A stretch of DNA of 64,000 nucleotides from Lama glama (GCA_028534125.1 CM052816.1:60452001-60516000); one strand, 5' to 3'. Counted from the stretch's first letter, positions 35,425 to 50,410 are shown. Notes: generated by a model from the sequence alone, not told the origin. Numbers and translations: made by a program.

Positions 35425-38400
35425 CGCCCTTACAAACTCTACAGTGACATCTTTTGTACTACAAATATGTACTTACGCCTCGTATTTTGTAAGTAGTTTC
35501 CCAATACTGGAATCTCTTAAAACAGCTACTCTTTATATGAAATGTCTTTTAAAAACATATTAGGTATAATGGGAGTTAAAGAATTACAGGCTTTGTTTAA
35601 GCCAAAATAAAGTTGTAACTGTGAGGTGGCAGAAATTTTAAGCACTTTTATATTGCTATTTCTCACAGCGTGGAGACTTTGCTTCATTCATAACAGAAAA
35701 CAGACACTCTTCATCTGTTATAAGTGGAGTAGGACAAGTACAATACAAGTGTGTTAAGTACAATGAAGATCTGACAGACTAAGTGCTATATTAACTAGCA
35801 ATGTCTCCTTTGTTTTGTTGCAAATTTTAAATCAAAAATAGCTCCATTATTTTAAATAGCCACAATAATGTTTATTTCTAAAATTAAAAGTTCTCTGAAA
35901 TTCACATTCCTCAAAAGCACTGTATATCTCAGTCACACCCTCTGAAGTTGTGATGACACATATTATAAAAATATACCACAAAAAGGAGTTTCTTATCAAA
36001 CATACATCTTAAATTATCTAAAATGGGTTAAATGAAAGAGAAAACTCTCAGCAGAACTGCCATCAATTTACTAATAATCTGAACCATTAGGAGTTTAATA
36101 GAGTTTATCATCTTTTTAACAAAGAGCCTTTCCATATTTAACCAGTGACCCCAAAGAGGACGTGGACCCACACAAACAGCTGTGCATTACCAGAACTTTA
36201 TAGATGTGATGAAAACAAAGAAAAGGAAATCCACAGCAGTGACTAACCACACTGTACATTCAAAACAATGACCACACTGAAAATCATTAAAAAGGCAGTC
36301 TGTTTACTCAGGTTTGGAACAATAGATGACATTTAACCCCAACTTTTTTAATCCCTCTTTTGTTTACCTACAAATAATCCTTTAGTTTATCTATAATATT
36401 ATTATAATATTAGAGTAATACAAATAACATTAGTAACTGACATTTAAAATAAAAAGCAGACAGCCAGACCAGCTATGCGTCAAAGACCATCAAGGAATAT
36501 ATGGAAACATTTCTACATGTACCGTATATTCAGTCTTCCCAAGCACGTTTTTTTTTTAATTTCAAAATTAATGAATGAGAGTTTAACAATTACTGATGAT
36601 GAGATTCTTTCACAGAGAAAAACGATCACTTACACCCAGAAAAAAAGAGTTACCAAGGAGTTAAACGTATTCATTTTGAACATACTTATGTTTTGGCTTC
36701 CTGAAACTTACAAACTGCCAAGCAGATGTTTTTTCCACATTTCCGGATTTGCCAAGTTTTAACTTGGAATACATTTGTACACTAAAGTCAGAGTAATCTA
36801 ATTAGAGAAACTTGGGCACAAAGCACAAGGCAGTAAGATAGGGATCTCTCCTTATCTCAACATAAACAAATTACAGGGAACTTGGATTGAGCTGCCCGCA
36901 GAAACTTTCTCTCACTGGCAGGAGGAAAGCCCCCAGCAGCTGCACACATCTGCAAGGTGATCAAACAGACACTGCTGCCCAGGCTGATCCCGGCACAAAA
37001 CTCAGTCCTGTGTTCCCAGAGCTGAACAGAGTGGCTACCCTCGACAGACTTCCCTGACTCTTGACAGAACAAACCGGCTCATCAGCTGTCACTGCCAGCC
37101 ACGATTTAACTACTCTCAAACAACCAGCAGAAAACACAAACAACCCACAAAGTATCAAACTACAAGTCCTATCTATTGTCTCTGACAAAAGAGCCTTTCT
37201 CACTGAACTCTGTGGTGTGTCACTGAACCCTGTAACCAGAGACTTAGCGTATCATGTTGCCAAGTGGATACCAGGAACTGTGCACATATTTGTGCCCAGT
37301 AAAGGAATGAAAAGGAAACTTTGAAATCCTCCACGGCTGGCCGCTGGCAAACGTGTATTTCAAGAATGGAAGGATCTCCTACCTGGAGCCCTCTTCGTCT
37401 TAGAATGCTGGACTCATCCATCTCCCCCTCCGCTTTCTCTGAGCCTCTCACAACAGTCTAGCCATGCTGTACTACCTCGACTTCAGCACGCTAATTCACA
37501 GCCCGGCAGCTGCTAAACACTTACATCACGCTCTAGCTGATTGGAGCCCAGAGTCAGCTGGTCCCGCTTAGTTATTCACTCCAGCAACTTCGGGGATCAC
37601 GGATGCTTGCAGTTCGCTGGGAGAGCGCAGCAAGTGGGCTCGGCCACCTAGTGCGTTTATCCAGGTGGAGGAGGCTCTTGCTAATAGACGGGAAACCGTG
37701 GGATCCCTGTTTTTCCTTCTTCTTCAAAACACTGGCCCTGGCATTCTAGGTGACCAGAAAATGGCTTTCAGCAGTGGCTTTGGGTCAAGCCCCTTCGGAA
37801 GCAATGATAAGGTCAAAGTGGCTAAGTAAATCGGCGGTGACAGACACCTCTGTGAAAGGCAGCTGCAAACTGGGACGGTGAAAAGCTAGGGCACAGCTGG
37901 CCAGCCAAGCAGCACAACCACGCCTGGAGCTCATCTTTCCTGATGCCATCAAAGAAAAGAATGTAGCAGAATACGCACGCCGCCGGAAAACCTGAAGTGG
38001 AGGGCGCTGGGCGGCTGCTCTCCAGCCACTGCAGGGGAACACTTTACACCTCCCAGCGTGAAAGCCAATTCATTTACATAAACACCTCGCCAGTCAATTC
38101 CTAGCCCAGAGATACAACATTTCAGATTTTAATTTCCCTCGTGATAGTAACTTAGTTCTGATGATACCAGACCAAAATGGAAAAAGGGAGAAGAAATTCT
38201 AAGAGCCATCATTAGTTGGAATATTAACCTATTTCTAATCTATCAGCAGCTAAAAAAAAAAAAAAAGATTCCCATCATGTGCAATTTCACAGTCTGTTTC
38301 AGCCTGTTTACTCTGCTCATCCTCATCTTATTTCAATTCAAAGCAACCAAGAGATGAATATTAAGTTTTCATTACTGTCCTGGCACAGGAGTAACAATAT

Positions 38401-41400
38401 ACGATACCACCAATCTATAGAAAATTATTCCCCCTTGATTTCTCGTCTAAAGGTATTTAAATTCAGAAAATAGTAGGATCCTGAGTGGCAAATACTAGGA
38501 CCATCTGTAGTTTGTCTCGGAACCACCTCCTCCTTCACTATATCCCTTAGAGTCTTTTTCTTGAAAGAAAGTCAGGAAGGCAGGCATAATTTTTTTTTAA
38601 AAAAATCAGTAATTTCTGGTTTTTGTCTAATCCAGGTATCTAGTGATTTCTGAACGTGGGGGTGGGCAAGGAAGTGATGAGTGGTCCCTCACTCATTTAC
38701 CTGCTCTTACACTAGCTCTCTGTCTCTCTCTGGCTGTCAGCACACTATTAGGCTTGCTATCAATTGATTAGACTATGTCATTAAACATAGCTCAGGGATT
38801 TATGAATCTAACCACTGAGGAAAATTGATCGCATTTTATGTTCCAGAATAGTCTTTGCATACATCTCCAGACATACAAAGAGAACCATGTCAGGAAATGC
38901 CAGCCCTCGCAGAAGCATCCTTGGAGAAGGGTATCGGGGTGTTCTTCCACCAAGGCGTGCTCATTTGACACCACTTCAAGGCGGAAACCCCAAAGAGGTT
39001 TTAGTTCTTGCTCTTACATGGGGGAGTAATGCCATGTCTAAAAGCAAAGCAACAGCACACAAGCACACACCTGGTCATCGCTCAAACTGAAATGTAGCCC
39101 AAAATTCCAGCACAATTTTTTATACTACGTTTTTCTGTTTGTTTGTTTAAATTGAAGGACAAAAAGGGAAGGAAATAAATGAAAAGAAAAAGTCTAAGGG
39201 GGGGAAGGGAGGGAGGGGCTTGCTATCTGTGGGGAATCTGCAAAGCTGGAGGAAACAGATCCTCATCCGTGACAGGCGACCTGCACTGTAGTCTTTCCCT
39301 GCAAAAGGAAGACCTTTCTCTTCAATGAAAACAAAAAGAATGGCAGTTGTTGCCCTTCTCCCTCAGTTCTCCCTCCTGAGAGAAGAGCATCAACAGCTCC
39401 CTGAAGCTGAAGTGCCGTCTTGGACAAAGTGCCTTGGCAGCAGGTCAGAATATATTTACCAACCTGGATGTCATGGTTATCTGCCCCCAGGGGCATAAGG
39501 AAGTCCTAACTGACTCAAAAACTAAAAAAAAAAAAAAATCATGACCCAAGAAGCTAATCTATTAAAGGAAAAGCTGAGCACGGTGTCCTTATACATACAT
39601 GCTTGTGATCTGAGGACTGTGATCTTTACTGATCCTTCTACAAAATGTGGGTCTGATGGAAGACATCAAGTTCTCACTAGAGAAAAGGAAGAGAAAAGAC
39701 TTTTCCCCCTTGAATAAAGATCATAGGATGCCAGGAGGGAGAGGGAAAAAAAAAACATAGAGCCCAGAAGTATCTTTTCTGTGACCAATCAAGTAAGCTG
39801 GTGGGAAGTGCTATCAGAAGACATTTTGAGGACACACTGTCAAAAGTCAGGTGATGTGTATCCCAGATAAGAGGGATCCGTGCATCCTAGGCACTTGGCA
39901 GCTAGACCTGTTTGGGGGGTAGGAGTGATAAAAAGGAATTGGCTAAGAGTGAAAACTATGTTTCTCAATAAAGGAATATTTTGAGATAAAAATCTAGGTT
40001 ACTATTCAACCATTAACTAAGTCTAAGATAAGGATTATGACCTGCGCCATCAAATCTAGTATGAAAAAATATCGATTACCTGTCAAAATGTATCACTTTG
40101 AGAAGTGATACACATACATGTTAAAGAAATAAAGCCAGCCAGAGGCAAAAACATTTGGGACAAAAATGAAAGGCTGCTGAAAAATAACATCAAGCAATAA
40201 TGGCTCAGCAGAGGGAATAGTAAATGGAAAATTGCTACATTTACCCTTTGCTATGTATTTTCTCATCAAGATAAGCCATGTGTTAAAATGCAATAAAACT
40301 TCAAATGATGACACTATTCATAGGTAATAATTAGGAGCTAGTCTAATTTCCATTAATAAACTCATTTTTTCTGCAATTTTATACCTGCATAGAATATGTT
40401 CACAATATTTTGAGTTAGTTCACAAAGCACCAGCCTCAATATGTTCTGCTTTTCCACATGTATTCAAATAAAATCGGGTCGACTTTGTCATCAGTTATCA
40501 TCTGAAGCGAGGGGCCTCATGATACTTGGTTTTTAAAAAAGTTATTTGTATGGAAACACCTCCTACATGCTGTACCATAGGCATAATTCGCTTCATAGAA
40601 TATTCAAAATCTGTGGACACTGTAATAAGGGCCAAAATTAAGTTTATTAATTATTACAATAAATGACCCACAGAAACAAAAACAAGACCAAATCCCAATT
40701 GAGAAAAATCTGGGGAGGGGTGGGAAGCGTTTGGTTGTCCATATTTTCACAAAGGGATATACTGAGATTTTGTGATCGTTGATGTCCGTGGTAATGCCAC
40801 CTGGTACTGGGATGCAGGTTTGTCCCCTGATTTACACAGTCCCAGATTTCTCACAAATTTAAAAACAAGTTCCTTCTCTTCAGTAGATCCACACTGGTTA
40901 CTCCAAATTAAATGCACCTTCTGGTTTTATTCTTCAGTAACTGAATGTGCATGGAGGAACTGCTGTGAGGAACAGGGTGAGGAATTTTTAAAAACCAAAG
41001 ATGGGGGATATTGGCAAACTTAACCTTACCCAGTCACTCCACTGGCCTGATCCACGCCCTCCCAACAGCTGTCAGCCTTTGGCTCCTGGACCACCTATCC
41101 AGAAGCCAAGAGAGGTGATGTGTGCGGGGACTGAGAGGGCCATTTCCTGGTGGAAGAGAAGGTTCCTCCCTCCACACCAGCCCGAGGGAGGAGAGTCAGA
41201 GAACCAGTCTGGGACCCTATCCTTCACCCCAATGGAGCTCTCAGTGTGCTCAGAATGGGATTTCTAGTACCATCGCCACAACTGTGGTGGGATTTTCCCT
41301 TAATGTTTTCTTGTGCATGTGTGGAAGCAATCACTGCTTCATAGCAAGGTAGACAAACAACCACAAAATGCATTAACCACCATATTCTCTCTGTTACTTT

Positions 41401-41774
41401 TGGACAACAGACGAAGGGTTTGTATGTCTCTGTTCATTCACCAGGTAAACCAATATGGCCAAGTGGGTAAGCCCCTCCACTCATTCACTGACAATTTTTT
41501 TCACTTATAAGATAAATGCCAATAGCCAATGAGTCTGCTGTATTTTAAAAATGCAATATAAAGGTCATAAAAAGTTACAAATGAGAAACATCATTCATGA
41601 GAATGTATATAATTTATCCATTATTGTGAATATAATCATTCCTATGTTAATTTAAGGGGTAAAGAGACCATTGAATGCCAATGTCCAAAGCAGCTATGAG
41701 ATCGATTCAAAATATACATTTTAGTGTTCATATTTAAAATCTTTCTTAATTTAGCACTTCATTTTCCTCCATAT

Positions 41775-42030
41775 TTTACTTCCAAATACTAGCCAACATG
41801 TATGGACCACACAGCATGTGCCCACCACTGCTCTAAGTACTTTCCACAAGTCATCTCATTTAGTTTTTGCAACAGCCCTATGAGTTAAGTGTGTTATCAT
41901 CACCATTATACAAAGAAACTGACATCAGAGAGGTTAAGTAACTTCCTAAGATTGCACAGCCAAGGAAGGGCAGAACTGGGATACCAACTCTGACAGGCTG
42001 ACTCTGAGTTTGGGTTCCTAACCACTCTAC
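41775..42030 (-). mobile_element. MIR SINE (near full length)
   Basis: tgtgcccaccactgctctaagtacttt..atctcattta..aacagccctatgag..gaaactgacatcagagaggttaagtaacttcctaag. Confidence 0.8.
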
Positions 42031-45000
42031 TGCTGCTTAGTGTTTAAACAAAGAAGGAAAAAGTGCTTTCAAGGTGAAATGAACATGTGAAAGGTGTCAG
42101 ATTTTGTGGCTCCAAAGGGAAATTACCACCACATTCTAAGCTGTCGTGATCAGAGCAACCAGAAAGAACACTTGGAATCCTCGATTCCACAGGCCCCGTG
42201 TCTCTAAAGGACAAAAGAGGCAGGGTCTCACTGCTTTAGGGCAGGACCAGGGTGGAGGAAGAGAGCGGCAGGGAAGGCGTGGGGTGTGACCTCTACTTCT
42301 TAAACGTCTCCGGGCCTCTAGAGGCTCCACTCAGTTTGAACAACTCTTCACCCTTCTGGCTTCAAAATTCCACGATTCTAAATATAACACATATTCACTT
42401 ACAATCAAGTGAGTTCCACAAAACCAAGGCTTCCTTTCGACTATGGTGCCTGCATGATACACATCCCCATTAACCTGTGGGCTTTTGACAGCTCTTCAGT
42501 CTGTAGCCTGATACTCTCCAGTTTTCTGGAACTTACCATAGAAGGCACTCCGTAAATCCCTCTCTCCTTTCAGTTGAAATGACTCAGGGCAAGCTGTTCT
42601 GAGTGGAGCTAAGAAGAACAAAGAAAGGGGAAATCCCAACCTGACTTCTCCCTTCATTTTCTGGAAGTCATGACTCTCCACTATCCTTGGAAAAAAGTTC
42701 CCTGGCCTGAGTGCCAGTGCCTGGTCAGGCTCTAGCAACAAGATGTCAGGTAGCTTGGGGAAAGTCCCTTCACTTCCCTTTACTTCAGTTTCTGTAAAAT
42801 GAAGGTATTACTCTCGGCTTAGCAGCAAGAAGCTGGGAAGAGGAGGAGGCCACCTGCTGGGAAATTTGGGAAACTGGTCCCAGCCAGTTTCCTCAAGGTA
42901 GGGGCAGTCCATGCCCCTCAATCTGGACACCTGGTCCCTTCCCTACTGACCCCTCAGCCTTGACTCCAAACTCCCCTTCCTCCTCCACGCTACCATCATC
43001 TCCCTGAGCATCTGTTTCACAGGCCACTCAGCTACCTGCCTGGCTTCACGCCTCCTTTGCCCTGACAAGACACGGAGAGGCTGAGGATGGAGCTGAGCTT
43101 CCCAGCAGTCCCTCCTCCTTACCACTCCCCTACGTGGGAAAGCAGCGCTCAGACGCTGGGGAAACACACGCTGCAGACTTCAGGGTAACGCTGGGAGCAG
43201 ATTCAATACCTGGCTACCGTCCACACTCATCTCCATTCCTGTCTAACACGGTAATGTTACAGTATTAGTCTAATCTTTAGAAACATTTATTGTCTGTTAA
43301 AGTAACCTATGAGTGAGCCAGATACTGAGCACGAGTGTCATCGATGCTCAAAAGCAAAGAGACACCAGAAACAGGCTCCATTCTACTGAAAGTCCCAGGA
43401 AACACGGCACTTAGGAACAGACACTGAAACCACAAATTACCTTGTCCTATATTTTAAAATCATCATTTCAGATTTTACAATCAAGTTCTCATCTCAAAGG
43501 TCAACAGAGGTTAAAAAAAAAAAACCCCAGCAGTTAGTACTGTAGTTCTTTTTCTCCTCAAAGAGAAAAATTTTAAACCTGTCAAGGGGACGAAAACAAA
43601 GGGCAGAATGGCTTCCAGGGAAAGGAGGAAATTTCCCACTCAAAAGAAAAGAAAGGATCTAACCTCTTCCCACTGACAATACACCGAAGTCTGAATTCAT
43701 CCGAAGAGCTGCATTTTCTAAAACACGTTTCATTTAGCACAAACCGCAGGTAGGGTCAGGATCAAGCATATGCCTGTGAAATACGTGCATCCCACGCTTC
43801 CAGCACTCAGCTCCAGCTTGCATCCTGCCTGTAATCCTGAAGACTGTCGGTGATGCCTACAACATAACATGTGTGATTTCGTGTAAGGCTTTTCACAAGA
43901 AAGCTATACTGCCTTGACGTTTGCATCACCTTTTTTTTTAATCTAATTATTTCTGGCATATTAGCCATCAAATCACTACTGACAATATGACAGGAATCAT
44001 GGTATGGAAAAAATTACATCCGAGGAGGAAATAATAAAATATAAATCACATACATAATTTTCTTTTGAACATTTTAACAATGACACCCTCATATACATAT
44101 GAAATATAGCAGACTATCCTCATAAATGCCTTAACATCAATCACAGCAGGAAAATATTCCCTACTTTGCAAACACACGGATCCAACAAAATCTAGCATTT
44201 CTAATAGAACTGGGTAATACAACTTCATTTTTTTCATCAAGAGCATTTATGAAGATCTGACAATGGGAAATAGCTCCAATATTTTTTTTTTCAGTTATGT
44301 CCCTTCATCTCTAAGTGATACACAGCTAACAGTGGGACCATGGACTAATGTTTAGCAAACCCCCATATTTTACATTAATATATAAATGGAGATGGGAGTA
44401 GATGAGTGAAGTGACACAGGCCATATTGCCAGCACAGGAGGCTTATCAACTGTATGAGCTTCAGACATCAGGACGTCAATATGTTTATATGCGTGATAAT
44501 ACTCCTGGCATCAACTACTTATTTTATGAACTTCTGAAACGGAGAGATATTCCTAAAGTTATTCCTAAAGTGATGAGATATACCTAGAGACAAAAGAGGA
44601 AGAATATTTTCAGAGTTTGAACTCTCTTGTCTGTATTCTGAGTACAGCTACTAAATCAGAGATTATAAAAGCACTTCCAGGCTACATATATATTAAACTT
44701 TTTTTTTAAAATCCTACAGTTACAAGAGCTAAATTCTAGGTTAAATATGCTGTTACCTAGCTGAACTTCTCCAAAAAAAAAGTACACACAAACAGGGAAA
44801 AGATTTAGAAAATCTTCTAAGAAAACCAAGCTAGTCATCTCAGAATTGGAAAGCTGACTGACCCAAGACAGCATGCTAAATAAAATTCGGATGGGATTCC
44901 ACGCATGAAGTAATCAAGCATTCTTTCCACATCCGTGTGTTTGCATCAACAAGCACTGTGATCGAGATCCAAAGAAGCTTGTGCAAGCTGACTGTTTTAC

Positions 45001-46304
45001 ACTTGATGATCACATCCAGAGCCTTATTCTACCATGAGGCATCAGGTTAGATTAATTCTGAAGTTTTGCTGGGAACCTCATTAAGATCTTGTTTGCATTA
45101 TGTACGCAGAGCAAGCACCTCGAGTCACTCTTTTGCAAATACTGAGGAGCCAAAAAGGTCTTAGAGGTATATGTAAAAATGGTTTTAAAAATAAGTCGAC
45201 TTCTCCCAGGCAAGCATTTGGCAGTCAGATGTCCCCCCACCCCCAAATCCTATTGGCCATTCCACTGCTCCCCACATCTGGTTTGCCTGCCTTCCCATCA
45301 TCCTGCACTAATGTGCCATCAATTCAGAAGTGACTAGAAATGGGGCTGTGTCTGCAACTCATGTTCAGCTGATGGAGAGTAAGTACTCCTTGGGACTCTG
45401 TCATCTCACACGGTAAGCCATGTGTGTCCTGCTTCTCTCCGATATTAACTCTGTCTTCTAGCTTCCCTTAAACGTACCCTTCAGAGAAACACAAAATGTG
45501 CTCCAGATTCTACCTCATTAATCCTCATCAATTTCTTTCAATGTACAAAGGGAAGAGACCAGTCTAATTTACGAACGAGGAAAGTGAGGTTAAAAGAAGA
45601 GCCCAAGGTCATGGGCACAGTAAAAAGGCAGAGCAAACAAAAGAATTCAGGCTTCTCAGGGTGGATCTCAGCCCCGACAGGGTAGCCATGTTCCAAAATC
45701 CCTCCCCTTCCTCCTTCACCTTAAGTCAAGGGCAAGGGCTGCCCTGTGAAGATTTCACATAGACACAGAAATAAAAAAAACCAAATCTGTGTGTTTCCAC
45801 ACATGCACATGCACTGAGGGGGAATCAGAAGCATTAAGTGAAGGTCAGACTAAGGTTACAAACTTATGGAGAAGTCACATTAAGCACCTGATGATACAGT
45901 ACTTCTCTCTATCCAGTTCAGTAAGAGGATGCTGAAAACAGTGCTTCCATTACAAGCACACAGACCATAAACATGTTTTTTGTTTTTTTTTGTAGCAGCA
46001 AAGTTTCTCTCTACACTACAAGAACATAAAGTCATGCATCAGTACTTAAAATACCATGATTCTTGGGGTCATATTATGCATTTAGTCCATGACTCTCGTC
46101 TAAGACCTTGATGAGCAGCCTCTCTCAGCTTTTCCTTCCTCCGTCTCTTGGTTCAAGGAAAATACAAACTTGCCTAGCTTTCTTAATAATATTTTTAAAT
46201 GATCAATATAATAGGTGTCTATGGCAGAACATCTGGAAGAGACAACACTACAACATCATTGCTAATTTACTGAATAATGATTTATTACCCCACATTAAAA
46301 AAAT

Positions 46305-46441
46305 AATTTTCATTTATTTATTTCTTTTGGGGGAGGGAGGTAATTAGGTTTATTCATTTTAATGAAGATACTGGGGATTGAACCCAGGACCTTGTGCATG
46401 CTAAGCACCCAGTCTACCACTGAGCTATACACCCCCCCCCC
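46305..46441 (-). mobile_element. vic-1-type camelid SINE
   Basis: Minus strand: gggggtgtatagctcagtggtagactgggtgcttagcatgcacaaggtcctgggttcaatccccagt (Pol III A and B boxes, AGC anticodon loop) followed by a non-tRNA tail. Confidence 0.9.
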
Positions 46442-47589
46442 ATTTTTTAAACACTAAGATATATATGCACACTTACACACACAGGAAATTTCTATTAAAA
46501 GTGGTTTTGAAGCAAAACTAACAGGTGGCTTTCACAGACTGAAATCAATATATAACTGTCTTCCTAAAAAATACTTTAAAATTTTGATCCTCCTGGTGAC
46601 TGATTTAATTTCTCTCTAGTCTGTATAAAAATGCAGCCAGGGCTCTGGCACCTTCTCCTTCAAAATCAAGGAAATCAATCTCGAGTTTCACAGACTGATA
46701 TAAAGTCACTGTGTTCTATTTGAAATCCCCAGCTCATTCATTTATATTCATTCATCTTAATGATAGCATTAATGCGCAATGTGTTTCACAGAAACTAATT
46801 GTATTTTGCCAGAATCAACTATTAACAATTACGCCTCCCATTATCACCTAACAGAGTAAAATAAAAATTTTAAAGTCTCAGGCATGTCAGTGAATATTTT
46901 GGCAGGACAACTGATTTGCATTTTTAATGCTACAATAAACTGACCAGATTATCATCAATTAGATAAACTAATATTCTTTGAGAAGGCAGGCAGTAGGGAA
47001 TAATTCCGCTAGAATTCGTCAACACTCTGTTCTCACCTTCTTCAAGCTTTACTGAACACAGGCTTAGTCCTCCTTTGTCCCCTTATCTAAAGCTGGCTTT
47101 TGCGACACAAGGTAATACCACACGAGAAAGCACATTCCTCTTTAATTTTATATACTTATATCGCTTTAAGAAAAGACAAAAGATTAGGGAAATCTAGCCT
47201 CTTCAAGTAAAGGAGAAATATCCACCTGGGCAGTGAAAGCATCCTGAGTCAGAAGTGCATGAATCAACATGTTTAAATCGTTGTATTACGATACATGTAT
47301 GTGCTTTTTTGATTCAAAAACCAATCACTAAGTGCCTGCTATGAGTTAGGCATTAAGATGGATGATGATGAAAATAGAAAAAGGAAAATGTCCCACCAGA
47401 ACAGTCATGGGATCCCAAGACACATGGCAAAAACAAAATACAGGGAGATCAGAGGAGTCACAAGGACATACACTCAAGGTGCTAAGGGTAAGTACGCAGT
47501 GAGGGTAAACTCGGAGGGTGGGTGGAGAATAAGAGGAGAGGAGGTAAACGCTGGTTCCCAAATGTATCTGCCCATCAGACGCACTGGAG

Positions 47590-47725
47590 GACTTTTTATA
47601 ATTTCCCTAAACTAAAGCCACACTCAGACTGATTCAATCTCAAGCTTGGGGTGAGGGGCAGGCATCAACCGTTTCCGAAGTTCCCCAGGTGATGCCACTG
47701 TGCAGACAGGTTTGGTAATCCCTGG
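47590..47725. mobile_element. MER5-like hAT-Charlie DNA transposon relic
   Basis: cagactgattcaatctc..ggggtgaggggcaggcatc..ttccccaggtgatgccactgtgcagacaggtttgg..ccctg. Confidence 0.65.
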
Positions 47726-49153
47726 ACAAAAGGGCAGAGCACTGCTAAGTGGGTAGTAGTGGAGACCTTCACCACTGGGCTCCTGTAATCTCCCCTGTAA
47801 GTGATTTTACAACTTGAGAAAAGGGAGAGGGGTAATGGGAAATATCAAGGGTGAAGGAAGGATTGATTCCTGTAGCCAGAAAAGAATATGACTTTGATCT
47901 CTTCTCACCAAAGACTAGTATTTCCATGTAAAGACAGGGCACTTTTTGTACAATCTTCCTTTAAAATTGAAGTTCAGTGAACTGCCAAGTCCAATCTGTC
48001 TTGGTCTTACTAAACACATCATAATGACTCAATTATTAAAAGCAAACAGGATCCTTCATCTTTTCCTTCTTGAAGTTTCTCCAATGCCACCAGCACTCTG
48101 GTGATGACTTCATACCTCACCTGACAACCTTGAATGCCTGTCACCACTCTCCTCCAAGACAGGAGGAAAAGACACTTGTGAGGAGCCTGTTAATTGTGTT
48201 CTTTAACTGTCCTCTAAAGAAAACTAAAAACAATAGGATGTATGTATCCTGACTGTTTTATCTACAGAAAATGTTAGTAGATTAAATCGGATTCTGTTTG
48301 GTAAAACAATACACAGAGATCCTTCCCTTAAGCCATCAGGGAAGATACAGACTTCATTAGGAAAAAATAGATCATGAAATTCTAGTATCTATTGGAAAAG
48401 CAGCATTTTTAAAAATCCTTATTTGCCTTCTGAAATGCATGCTTTAGAAATATGGTATCAATTTCACTACTCAGTTTCTAGAGGGGACACTTGTAATTAG
48501 GAAGTGAAAATGTTGTTTCCTTTGTATGCTGCCAAATAAACATCTTTAACCATCTTTGAGTACAAAAACCATAACACGTTCTTCATGTGGAGTCGCTGAT
48601 GGAGCATGGTGTTTAACTGCAAGTGCATTAACAATTTCTAACAATGCATTCCAGTAACAGGAAATCTACTCCTTCAAGAATAAGTTACATCTAACAAGTT
48701 GCACTAAAATTTTTTTAAGTTACTGGAAGGAATTTCTCTAGCTCAAGTATTCAACATTTTCTGAGCATAATTTAAATTATACAAACTTAAGATACCAAAA
48801 CATCCACCATACGTTATTCTCTAAAACTCAAAATGCTGTCAAGATTAACAGCGTACTCTTACTTGTAGCAGTAATCTGCAGGCCAAATGTTGTGGAAAAA
48901 ATCTCCGTATGACAAGATAAAACATTTTAATTTTAACCAGACATTAACTTTTTTGAAGCTCTTCTTGACAGTTTTCTTACAATGAGAGAATTAGTTTTAT
49001 ATAGTCCAGATGTTCTTTTTTTTTCCCCCCTAACTGACCTCATGAACCACCCTGCACAAGGGGCATACCTTTCTCTCACATGCATTATGGAAACATCTTT
49101 CTAAAAATCTTCAATGTATTTACTTCTATCAGCTGCAAATGAGATTTGCTGAG

Positions 49154-49167
49154 GCGCCACCTACTGG
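49154..49167 (-). promoter_or_regulatory. CTCF core motif (perfect consensus)
   Basis: Minus strand CCAGTAGGTGGCGC. Confidence 0.55.
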
Positions 49168-50269
49168 ACAAAACACCATTAGCACCTGCACTTCATCTTG
49201 TTCCCTTCTTCCAGTTTTTAAAACTCTTGATTCTGAGTTAATACTGAAGAAAAGTGGAAATATTTTTCAAAGGAAAATGATCTAACAAAAAACACAGAGT
49301 CTGTCCCATCAAGGGTGCTCCGGGTGGTGATGTTTTGAATGATCCCGGTGGGAGTACTGGCTTCTCATCTACCCACGGATGCTCGTCATGCTGGATGTGC
49401 CACATGCGAGGCAACCTAAGGTCCAAAGGTCATGAAAGACCCACTAGAGGACGACGGCTGCTTGAGACCAGGATGAAAGTGATCGCCCTCCTCCCAAGCT
49501 GATGATCCACCTGGAGCTCACCCAGCACGGGCCACATAGAGTAAACGAAGATTCTCAGTTTTTTGCTAACACGTAACCGTCAATGGGTGTGAATCAATAT
49601 TCTGACTTCATAGTTATTAGGTCAGGTAACAACATAAAACTCTGCAAAGTCTCTGGAGACCCTCCTTACCTGAAGTTCCCAAAGGAGAGAGCTCTGAGAT
49701 GCGGAAAGGAATGAGGCAAAGGCCACAGTCTATTCCTGCACAGCTCCCCCTGGGGACCCACCTCTCCTCTTAATCCACAAGGGCCCGGGCTCAGGCAGAG
49801 CACGAGGAGTTTTCAACATCTCTCTCCTAAACTTCATGGGCTGGACAAAGAGGGTGAAGACCTTCTCCAAGTCTACTCTCACAATGCCCTTCAACACTCC
49901 ATTCTGAAAACAAGGGAAGATCACACCTTGCAACTAATTTTGTCTCCCCTTCTATCAGGTTTCTACCTAACATTCCTTCCTTCCCTACTAAATACTGCTT
50001 ATCATGGAATCTTTTTTCAGGTTAAAGCTGTCAGAAATGAAAATCTGAGGTTCAGAAGTAGAATCACCCATTTCTTCTCAGTGGGTGAACTATCTGCCTG
50101 ATGCCATTCAATTAGCACCTTTATGAAGCTCATAAGTCCCTGTCTCCAGCTTTGCCCATTCAGGTCATTTCTAAGTGGAAATACACAGCAGTGTTGCTCA
50201 GACATTTTGTTCAGAAGCAGCCTGGAGGAAACTCCTTCCTGCATCTTTCTTTCCTGGAGGGGGAAGATG

Positions 50270-50410
50270 TGGCCTCCAAAGCACTAGGATGGCAGCTGAA
50301 CCACTGGAATCCACCCCAGGTCCTCCTGCTTAACTCTTGGTTGTCCTTGGGAAAGTCATTTAATAAAGCACTTCCTTTAATTTGCCTTAGTTTCCCTAAG
50401 GGAAGAGGAA
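50270..50410 (+). mobile_element. MIR SINE
   Basis: aaagcactaggatggcag..ttgtccttgggaaagtcatttaa..ttgccttagtttccct. Confidence 0.6.

Noticed and set aside
41030..41146. Minus-strand exon-like segment (ttctcttccaccag|...|gtaagg)
   Set aside because: No recognisable peptide or supporting regulatory motifs; such splice-site pairs are common by chance in large introns.
46365..46441. tRNA-Ala-like sequence with A and B boxes (also at ~33000 and ~59950)
   Set aside because: The acceptor stem is degenerate and it is followed by a SINE tail; these are SINE copies, not tRNA genes.
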